A stretch of 32,000 nt of DNA from NCBI RefSeq assembly GCF_000283555.1, contig NC_016012.1:780001-812000 (forward strand), read 5' to 3'. The notes under the pieces are model-generated. The model was given only the letters and a program-made list of their open reading frames with translations. It did no database searches and was not told where the DNA came from. The first letter of the stretch is position 1, and each line of letters opens with the position of its first letter. The translations under genes were made by a program, and so were the position numbers. Source of the DNA: Candidatus Arthromitus sp. SFB-rat-Yit (GTDB lineage Bacteria; Bacillota; Clostridia; Clostridiales; Clostridiaceae). Shown here one piece after another: positions 25,680 through 32,000 of the stretch.

Positions 25680-28313
25680 TTAAATAATTTCATATAATTG
25701 ATTAAAAGCATTTTTAAGCTTTTCGATATCAGTTGCAGATCCTTGTGCCATTTCTTTTCTTCCGCCTCCACTTCCACCGGCTAATTTCAAAGTTTCTTTT
25801 AGTAACTTTCCACAATCAACTCCAAGCTCAATCGCTTTTTTATTTGCCATACAAACAACACTTGCTTTCCCATTTATCACAGTCGCAAGCATAAAAACTC
25901 CACACTCTACTTTATCTCTTATATTAGCACAAGCATCTCTAAGCCCATTGACATCTACATCATTAAAAATATTAACGACTACCTTTATACCATTTTTCTC
26001 TTTGCAATTTTCAACAATATTATCCATTTCCTTCAATTTCGCATTTGATATTACTGAAACTAAATTTAGTATTTCACTATTTTTATTTTTTATATCTGAT
26101 ACTAAACTTTTAACTTTATTTACAATTTCACCAATCGATGAAACTTTAACCTCTGACGAAATTTGATTTAAAATATTTCTATTAGATTTCACAATATCAA
26201 ACACATTACTCCCTGTAGTTGCCTCTATTCTTCTTACTCCTGACGATACAGAACTCTCACTAGTTATAATAAAACTTCCAATAAATCCCGTATTAGTAAC
26301 GTGCGTTCCACCACATAACTCCATACTAAAATCATCCACACTAAGAACTCTAACTTCATCTTCATATTTTTCATCAAACAAACAAGTCGCACCTTTTTCT
26401 TTCGCTGATATTATATCCATAAGTTCAGTTTTTACATTAATTTGTTTGTAGATATACTCATTAACCATATCTTCAACTCTTTTTATTTCATCATGCGTCA
26501 AAGCTTTAAAATGCGTAAAATCAAATCTAAGCTTTTTATCGTCTAAATAAGAACCAGATTGTTTAACATGGTTACCCAAAACACTTCTAAGTGCACTTTG
26601 AAGCAAATGAGTAGCTGTATGATTTCTACAAATAGATTTACGTCTAGGTTCATCAACAATAAGCAAGATTTCATCATTTTTCTTTATAGTTCCCTCTAGA
26701 ACTTCCACAACATGATATATCTGCCCTTGCATATTTTTCTGCGTTGAAATAACTTTTGCGGTTCCATTTTGAGATTTTATTATTCCTATATCTCCAATTT
26801 GACCTCCCATTTCAGGGTAGAAAGGAGTTCTTTCAGAAATTAAAAACCCTTTAGTTTTATACATAATTTCATCACTAAAACTATTATCAACTATAATATC
26901 CATGATTTTGGATTTAATTTCTAAACGTTCATACCCAACAAACTCTGTTTCATAATTTTCAGTTGAATTTAAAACACCGAGGTCATTCCCTAAATAATTG
27001 TCAGTCTTTCTAGAATCTCGTGCTTTCTTCTGTTGACTTTTCATCTCAGCTTCAAATCCATCAATATCAACTGTTATATTCCTCTCTTTTAATATCTCTT
27101 CAGTTAATTCAATAGGGAATCCATATGTATCATACAATTTGAACGCTTTACTTCCTGAGAGGACATTTTCGTTTTTATTTTCCAACTCTTTCACATAATT
27201 GTTTAAAAGAATATCCATCCCATTGTTTAAAGTTTTGCTGAAATTATCTTCCTCAACATCAACAATGTTACTTATATATTCTTTTCTTTCAATCAATTCT
27301 GGATAACTATTTTTATACTCATCAATAACTTTAGAAACTATATCATTCAAAAACTTTTTATTGATACCTATAAGTTTTGCATGTCTAATACTTCTTCTCA
27401 TCAATCGACGCAAAACATATCCACGCCCTTCATTACTAGGTATCACACCATCACAAATGAGAAAAGCTATACTACGAGAATGATCTGCAATTACTTTTGA
27501 AGAATAATCTAATTGATCTTCCTTACATGATGGATTAGCTATACTCTTAACTTTATCAACTAAACATTTTAAAAGGTCTGTTTCAAAAACATTTTTAACT
27601 CCTTGAGTTACGATAGCTAATCTTTCAAGTCCCATACCTGTATCAATATTTTTGTATTTTAAAGTTTCATACACTCCATTTTCATTTTTGTTAAATTGCG
27701 TGAACACAAGATTCCATATTTCAAAAAGTTCTCCTCTATCTTGAAATTCTAAAAATTTTTCCTTAGAATCTATTTTCTCATCTAAAAAAGAATAGAATAT
27801 TTCTGAGCAAGGCCCACAAGGTCCAACACCAATTTCCCAAAAATTATCTCCTTTACCAATTTTAAAAATTCTATCCTCTTCAATTCCAATTTCTTTTTTC
27901 CAAATATCAAAAGCCTCATCATCTTCATTATAAACACTTATGTACAATCTATCTGTTGGTATCTCAATAACCTTAGTCAAAAATTCCCAAGCATAAGCTA
28001 TAGCATCTTTTTTAAAATAATCACCGAACGAAAAATTTCCAAACATCTCAAAAAAAGTACAATGTCTTGCAGTCTTTCCAACACTATCAATATCTCCCGT
28101 TCTTATACATTTTTGACATGTTGTAACTCGATTAGATGGAGGAGTTGCAGCACGAGTAAAAAACTTTTTCAGAGGTGCCATACCTGCATTAATAAGCAAT
28201 AAACTATCATCATCTTTAGGCACTAAAGGAAAGCTACTCATTACATAGTGTGATTTGTTTTTAAAAAACTCAATAAATAAATTTCTCAAATCATCATAAG
28301 TATATTTTTTCAT
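25680..28313 (-). CDS. alaS: Alanine--tRNA ligase
   Basis: Class II AlaRS core (FEMFGNFSFGDYFK, GPCGPCSEIF), editing-domain HTATHLL and CGGTHV, and a C-terminal DHHA1-like region with GGSGGG. The ORF is open from GTG 28325, but that GTG is part of the GGAGTG Shine-Dalgarno. ATG 28313 (MKKYTYDDL) is the likely start. Confidence 0.95.
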   Translation of the reverse strand: MKKYTYDDLRNLFIEFFKNKSHYVMSSFPLVPKDDDSLLLINAGMAPLKKFFTRAATPPSNRVTTCQKCIRTGDIDSVGKTARHCTFFEMFGNFSFGDYFKKDAIAYAWEFLTKVIEIPTDRLYISVYNEDDEAFDIWKKEIGIEEDRIFKIGKGDNFWEIGVGPCGPCSEIFYSFLDEKIDSKEKFLEFQDRGELFEIWNLVFTQFNKNENGVYETLKYKNIDTGMGLERLAIVTQGVKNVFETDLLKCLVDKVKSIANPSCKEDQLDYSSKVIADHSRSIAFLICDGVIPSNEGRGYVLRRLMRRSIRHAKLIGINKKFLNDIVSKVIDEYKNSYPELIERKEYISNIVDVEEDNFSKTLNNGMDILLNNYVKELENKNENVLSGSKAFKLYDTYGFPIELTEEILKERNITVDIDGFEAEMKSQQKKARDSRKTDNYLGNDLGVLNSTENYETEFVGYERLEIKSKIMDIIVDNSFSDEIMYKTKGFLISERTPFYPEMGGQIGDIGIIKSQNGTAKVISTQKNMQGQIYHVVEVLEGTIKKNDEILLIVDEPRRKSICRNHTATHLLQSALRSVLGNHVKQSGSYLDDKKLRFDFTHFKALTHDEIKRVEDMVNEYIYKQINVKTELMDIISAKEKGATCLFDEKYEDEVRVLSVDDFSMELCGGTHVTNTGFIGSFIITSESSVSSGVRRIEATTGSNVFDIVKSNRNILNQISSEVKVSSIGEIVNKVKSLVSDIKNKNSEILNLVSVISNAKLKEMDNIVENCKEKNGIKVVVNIFNDVDVNGLRDACANIRDKVECGVFMLATVINGKASVVCMANKKAIELGVDCGKLLKETLKLAGGSGGGRKEMAQGSATDIEKLKNAFNQLYEII

Positions 28314-28361
28314 AACACATATCACTCCATTTTAATTAAAATCCGCTGAATCATATTTATT

Positions 28362-29435
28362 TTAAAAATATTTTACTATAATTCCTCCACCCAAAACTAT
28401 ATCGCCTTGATATAACACTAAAGATTGACCACAAGTCATTGCACGTTGTGGTTCGTCGAAAACAATTTTTATCTTATCATCACTAACTCTATATATTTTC
28501 CCGGAACAAAGTTTCGCCTGATAACGAATTTTACCCTCAACATTCAATCCATCTTCAAAACTGTCAATATGTACAAGATTAATTTTATCAATTATGGCAT
28601 TCCTAAAAAATAAATCTTCCTCATCTCCAATAACAATTTCATTAGTCTTAGCATTTATATCTATAACATACGCTGGTTTTCCAAGTGATAAATTAAGACC
28701 CTTTCTCTGCCCTATTGTATAATAAACAATTCCTTTATGCTCCCCTAGTATCTCACCATCTTTATTAACAAACTTTCCTTTAACAACCTTTTCTATGTTT
28801 GATATAAAATTTCCATGGTTTCCATCAGGAACAAAACAAATTTCCTCACTATCTTTTTTGTTATGTATATCCATACCAATTTCCTTAGCAATTTGTCGAA
28901 CTTGCTCTTTTGTATATTTCCCACACGGCATCAAAATATTCTTTAATTGATCTTGTTTAAGAACATACAGCATGTATGTTTGATCTTTTTTGTGATCAAT
29001 CCCTCTTTTTAATATGAATTTTCCATCAACTTCTTCAATGTTTGCATAATGTCCCGTTGCTATATAGTCAGCACCTAAATTTTTAGCTCCTTTTAGAAAT
29101 TCTCCAAATTTTATATGTCTATTACATTCAACGCAAGGGTTTGGAGTATTACCACCCAAATAATCATTTACAAAATAATCAACTACCTTATCTTTAAATA
29201 CATCTTTGTAATTCAAAACATAAAAAGGTATATTTAGGAGCTCTGCAACTTTACGAGCATCAAGAACTGATGAAAGAGAACAACATCCACCTTCTTGAAG
29301 TAAATAAACTTCATCATTCTGTGATAAATTCAACATAATGCCTATAACTTCATATCCTTCTTTTTTCAATAGATACGCAGCAACTGCACTATCAACTCCA
29401 CCACTCAAACCAATAACAACTCTCTTTTTATCCAA
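28362..29435 (-). CDS. mnmA: tRNA 2-thiouridine(34) synthase MnmA
   Basis: PP-loop GLSGGVDSAV, catalytic Cys region NTPNPCVECN, and later KDSEEICF. 357 aa. TTG start with GGGTGA 6 nt upstream. Downstream of a cysteine desulfurase as in Bacillus yrvO-trmU. Confidence 0.9.
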   Translation of the reverse strand: MDKKRVVIGLSGGVDSAVAAYLLKKEGYEVIGIMLNLSQNDEVYLLQEGGCCSLSSVLDARKVAELLNIPFYVLNYKDVFKDKVVDYFVNDYLGGNTPNPCVECNRHIKFGEFLKGAKNLGADYIATGHYANIEEVDGKFILKRGIDHKKDQTYMLYVLKQDQLKNILMPCGKYTKEQVRQIAKEIGMDIHNKKDSEEICFVPDGNHGNFISNIEKVVKGKFVNKDGEILGEHKGIVYYTIGQRKGLNLSLGKPAYVIDINAKTNEIVIGDEEDLFFRNAIIDKINLVHIDSFEDGLNVEGKIRYQAKLCSGKIYRVSDDKIKIVFDEPQRAMTCGQSLVLYQGDIVLGGGIIVKYF

Positions 29436-29460
29436 AACATATCACCCAAACCACAATCTT

Positions 29461-30606
29461 TTATCCTCTATATCTCTTAACTATAATCTTTAATTCCTCA
29501 AGTACATAATCTATATCCGATATTTTTGAATTTTTCCCCAAAGTAAACCTAACAGAACCTTGAGCCTCCAACGGAGAAAGACCTATAGCTTGAAGTACAT
29601 GTGACGAATTCACAGATCCAGAATTACAAGAACTACCACTGGAGGCACATATTCCTTTTAAATCTAAAGCTAAAAGTATTCCCTCGTCTTTAATTCCGTC
29701 AAAACAAACATTTATATTATTGTTTGTTCTGTATTCAAGCGATCCATTTATACGACTATTTGGTATTTCCTTCAAAATCCTATCAATCATATAATCTCTA
29801 AGTTCTCTAAGTTTTTCATTCTCTTCTTCTCTTTCTCTGCAAGCAAGCTCAATTGCCTTACTAATACCAACAATACCATAAACATTTTCAGTACCAGATC
29901 TACGACCTTTCTCCTGACTTCCACCATGTATATAATTTTCAATATTTGTTCCCTCTTTTATGTACAAAACCCCAATTCCTTTAGGAGCATATATTTTATG
30001 ACCCGATATAGATAATAAATTTACAAATTTATATTTATCGAGCGATATATCAATTTTCCCTATAGCTTGTATCGCATCAGTGTGAAAAATAACATTTCTA
30101 TCATGACAAACTTTTGATATAGCATCAACATCTTGAATAGTTCCTATTTCATTGTTAACAAAAGCAACAGAAACAAGTATTGTTTTATCAGTAATTGCAT
30201 TAATTACGTCGTTTACATTAACAATACCATCAGAATTAACATCTAAATATGTAACCTTAAATCCATTTTGCTCTAAATATTTGCAAGTATACAAAACAGA
30301 ATGATGTTCTATCTTTGCTATTATAATATGATTGCCTTTTTTTCTATTAGCAAAAGCAACTCCCTTAATCGCCCAATTATTCGACTCTGTTCCACCACTT
30401 GTAAAAAATATTTCTTTCCTTTGACATTTTAAAGCATTAGCAATATTTTCTCTAGAATGTTCTATTGCATTCTTGGCAATTCTTGAAAATTCATGTATGC
30501 CCGAAGGGTTTCCAAAATTATCAAAAAGATATGGCTTCATTTCTTTCATAACTTCATCTCTTAAAAAAGTCGTAGCAGCATAATCCATATAAATTCGTTC
30601 ATTCAT
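29461..30606 (-). CDS. nifS: Cysteine desulfurase (NifS/IscS/YrvO-type, class V aminotransferase)
   Basis: YMDYAATT N-terminus, PLP-lysine motif SISGHKIYAPKGIG, and catalytic loop SSGSSCNSG. The ORF is open from TTG 30615, but the ATG at 30604-30606 (MNERIYMDY) has AGGGG 9 nt upstream and overlaps the stop of the Rrf2 gene by 8 nt. Confidence 0.85.
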   Translation of the reverse strand: MNERIYMDYAATTFLRDEVMKEMKPYLFDNFGNPSGIHEFSRIAKNAIEHSRENIANALKCQRKEIFFTSGGTESNNWAIKGVAFANRKKGNHIIIAKIEHHSVLYTCKYLEQNGFKVTYLDVNSDGIVNVNDVINAITDKTILVSVAFVNNEIGTIQDVDAISKVCHDRNVIFHTDAIQAIGKIDISLDKYKFVNLLSISGHKIYAPKGIGVLYIKEGTNIENYIHGGSQEKGRRSGTENVYGIVGISKAIELACREREEENEKLRELRDYMIDRILKEIPNSRINGSLEYRTNNNINVCFDGIKDEGILLALDLKGICASSGSSCNSGSVNSSHVLQAIGLSPLEAQGSVRFTLGKNSKISDIDYVLEELKIIVKRYRG

Positions 30607-31045
30607 TGATATCAACCCCTATATTAATAAAATTTAATTTATTATGTTCATCTATTATATCTTGAAGTGTAACCGATGAAAAAATATTGTTAATAGCATC
30701 TCTTATTTTAACCCACAAAACACGTGTAGCACATCTATCCAAATTATCACAAGTCGAATTGTTTTCGGCACAATCCGATATATTAATAGGTCCTTCGACT
30801 ACATCTATAATATCCTTAATTGTAATTTCTTTAGGTTTTCTTGTTAATGAATATCCTCCCTTAGCACCTCTAACACTTTTAATAAGGTTCGCTTTCTTAA
30901 GAGTAGAAAACAATTGTTCTAAATAAAGTTCGGATATCTTTTGTTTCTGTGCGATACTACGTACAGACATCATTTCAGTATCATAAGACAGAGCAAGCTC
31001 AAGCATTGCCTTTATTCCATATCTACCTCTAGTAGACATTTTCAT
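30599..31045 (-). CDS. Rrf2-family transcriptional regulator (CymR/IscR-like)
   Basis: 148 aa. MKMSTRGRYGIKAMLELA start, a wHTH region (...ISELYLEQLFSTLKKANLIKSVRGAKGGYSL), and a C-x-C-x-C region (CAENNSTCDNLDRC) that could ligate an Fe-S cluster. First gene of the desulfurase-mnmA operon. Confidence 0.8.
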   Translation of the reverse strand: MKMSTRGRYGIKAMLELALSYDTEMMSVRSIAQKQKISELYLEQLFSTLKKANLIKSVRGAKGGYSLTRKPKEITIKDIIDVVEGPINISDCAENNSTCDNLDRCATRVLWVKIRDAINNIFSSVTLQDIIDEHNKLNFINIGVDINE

Positions 31046-31078
31046 GTTAATTCTCCTTAAACTCTATAATAATTCAAA

Positions 31079-31107
31079 ATTATAACAATTTCATTTTTTA
31101 TAGTCAA
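31079..31107 (-). promoter_or_regulatory. Near-consensus sigma-A promoter of the Rrf2-nifS-mnmA-alaS operon
   Basis: The minus strand reads TTGACT (31102-31107 rc), exactly 17 nt, then TATAAT (31079-31084 rc). It is followed by the short inverted repeat ATAATT-TTG-AATTAT overlapping the -10 region and start site, about 30 nt upstream of the AAGGAG RBS. Confidence 0.55.
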
Positions 31108-31120
31108 CATGACCCACCCA

Positions 31121-31164
31121 TATAAAAATAAAAAATCTAATCTTAATAAACAATCAGATTAGAT
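31121..31164 (-). terminator. Rho-independent terminator after accA
   Basis: 9-bp stem ATCTAATCT / AGATTAGAT (31156-31164 and 31135-31143), extendable by A-T pairs, with a 12-nt loop. Followed on the minus strand by TTTTTATTTTTATA. Confidence 0.65.
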
Positions 31165-31172
31165 TTTTAAAA

Positions 31173-31979
31173 TTACTCAATTCCATATTGTCCAATTTTT
31201 CTAAATTTTTGATATCTTTCCTCTTTAATTTCATTTCCTGATTTATTTTTAAATCTATTAATAAAGTCAACTATATCTTTCTTCAAAGATTCAGCAACCT
31301 TTTCTTTAGTCACATGTGCCCCTTCGCCGTATTCATCAATTATCTTATCTACAATTCCCAATTTCTTTAAATCGTAAGATGTGAGTTTCAAAACATCAGC
31401 GGCCTCTTTAAACTTACTAGAATCTTTCCACAAAATACTTGCACACGCTTCTGGAGATATTACTGAATAAATTGAGTTTTCAAGCATCCAAATTTCATTA
31501 GCTATAGAAATACCCAAAGCTCCACCACTTCCACCTTCAGATATTACAATCGATAATATAGGACAAGTAAATCCCATCATTTCAAACAAATTTTTTGCAA
31601 TAGCTTCACCCTGTCCTCTTTCTTCGGCTTGTTTACCACAAAATGCACCAGGAGTATCAACAAAAGTTATTATTGGTCTATTAAATTTATTCGCCTGTTT
31701 CATAAGCCTTAAAGCTTTACGATATCCTTCAGGATTAGTCATACCAAAATTTCTCATAATATTATCTTTGGTATTTTCCCCCTTCATTTGTGAAATTATC
31801 GTTACAGGCATATCATCTATAAATCCAATTCCTCCAATCAAAGCTTTATCATCTGAATAATATCGATCACCATGAAATTCTTCAAACGAATCAAATATAT
31901 TTTCTAAATAAAATTTAGCCGTAGGACGCATAGGCATTCTTGCAAGTAAAACCCTATCCCAAATACTCAAATTACTCAT
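31173..31979 (-). CDS. accA: Acetyl-CoA carboxylase carboxyltransferase subunit alpha
   Basis: 268 aa. ARMPMRPTA..., GDRYYSDDKALIGGIG, NFGMTNPEGYRKALRLM, ITFVDTPGAFCG, EERGQGEAIA, and EGGSGGALG match AccA block by block. GGAGAG RBS 6 nt upstream. Confidence 0.85.
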   Translation of the reverse strand: MSNLSIWDRVLLARMPMRPTAKFYLENIFDSFEEFHGDRYYSDDKALIGGIGFIDDMPVTIISQMKGENTKDNIMRNFGMTNPEGYRKALRLMKQANKFNRPIITFVDTPGAFCGKQAEERGQGEAIAKNLFEMMGFTCPILSIVISEGGSGGALGISIANEIWMLENSIYSVISPEACASILWKDSSKFKEAADVLKLTSYDLKKLGIVDKIIDEYGEGAHVTKEKVAESLKKDIVDFINRFKNKSGNEIKEERYQKFRKIGQYGIE

Positions 31980-32000
31980 TCACATCTCTCCTATGTGCCT
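31980..32000 (-). CDS. Probable 3' end of accD (carboxyltransferase beta), only 7 codons in the window
   Basis: An open minus-strand frame enters from the window edge and ends in TGA (31980-31982) immediately abutting the accA ATG (...RHIGEM*). The accD-accA adjacency is common. Identity cannot be verified from 21 nt. Confidence 0.3.
   Translation of the reverse strand, partial: RHIGEM

Noticed and set aside
3555-29435. Several non-ATG start codons: GTG for pstC, ftsZ and U32; TTG for GT2, sigK and mnmA.
   Set aside because: Each has a well-spaced Shine-Dalgarno. A fraction of roughly one in five non-ATG starts is normal for Firmicutes, so this is not a regulatory anomaly in itself.
1818-30926. 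All short ORFs in the supplied track that lie opposite the annotated genes: plus-strand 1818-2171, 4201-4401, 6393-6611, 6826-7008, 7415-7609, 10961-11278, 12730-12966, 17307-17552, 17898-18095, 19143-19400, 20693-20926, 23484-23669, 23521-23724, 24691-24936, 25948-26166, 28425-28613 and 30687-30926, plus the minus-strand ORF 9515-9763 inside cadA.
   Set aside because: Each lies (almost) entirely antisense to a longer ORF that has clear family motifs. Their translations are low-complexity (Ile/Ser/Phe/Asn-rich) with no recognisable motif, and I saw no Shine-Dalgarno in front of them. They are shadow ORFs typical of the antisense frame of real genes.
31108-31122. TGGGTGGGTC on the minus strand just upstream of the Rrf2 operon promoter, reminiscent of the GGGTGG core of a T-box.
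   Set aside because: It is an isolated 6-7-mer. There is no room for stem I, a specifier loop or an antiterminator (about 200 nt needed), and it lies upstream of the -35 rather than in a leader.
31173-31979. AccA is only 268 aa and lacks the roughly 50-residue N-terminal helical segment of E. coli AccA.
   Set aside because: The catalytic core aligns fully and the ATG has a good RBS abutting the upstream stop. As far as I recall, short AccA forms are usual in Clostridia. This is not evidence of truncation or a pseudogene.
1-32000. Scan for CRISPR repeats, IS or transposon ends, integrase or recombinase genes, tRNA or rRNA genes, large riboswitches, toxin-antitoxin pairs or defence-island genes.
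   Set aside because: No regularly spaced direct repeats were seen. No ORF has transposase, integrase, nuclease-helicase or defence motifs. No intergenic gap exceeds about 205 bp, and the larger gaps are largely accounted for by terminators, promoters or RBSs. By eye this is a core chromosomal region. An Infernal or tRNAscan run would be the decisive check for small RNAs.

Overview
Visibly AT-rich (by eye roughly a quarter to 30% G+C) chromosomal segment from a spore-forming Firmicute, Clostridia-like. I support 30 complete protein genes plus two gene fragments at the window edges. All are on the minus strand except one P1B-type metal ATPase. Transcription order, from high to low coordinates, with '|' marking a predicted terminator: accD'(edge)-accA | Rrf2 regulator-cysteine desulfurase-mnmA-alaS-ireB | ruvX-Fur family-RNase J-YlbF/YheA-like | mltG | trmR-U32 | class B PBP-sigK | PilT-like-GT2-(148 nt)-ftsZ | spoIIGA-sigE | sigG. 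Next comes the convergent cadA-like gene on the plus strand, then ylmC, pgeF-phoP-phoR | pstS-pstC-pstA-pstB-phoU | amidase'(edge). Most operons end in a readable hairpin plus U-tract terminator. Three promoters can be read directly: two near-consensus sigma-A promoters, and a forespore sigma-F/G-type promoter in front of sigG. I saw no rRNA, tRNA, CRISPR array, transposase or integrase, prophage genes or recognisable defence genes. This is mostly conserved core genome covering phosphate uptake, division and sporulation sigma factors, and tRNA modification and translation, with gene order resembling the Bacillus yrv-yrr and dcw-spoIIG regions. The one place that looks like a possible uncharacterised system is the pair between sigK and ftsZ: a PilT-family ATPase homologue with every catalytic motif eroded, followed by a multi-pass membrane GT2 carrying the full processive-synthase signature. 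That pair sits where ftsA would be expected, and no ftsA is present in the window. Secondary oddities: a Fur-family regulator apparently co-transcribed with an N-terminally extended RNase J and a YlbF/YheA-like protein; alaS without a T-box leader; a regulator-less metal ATPase inserted antisense between sigG and ylmC; and an operator-like repeat set on the trmR promoter. All functional calls come from reading motifs in the supplied translations. No database search was run.
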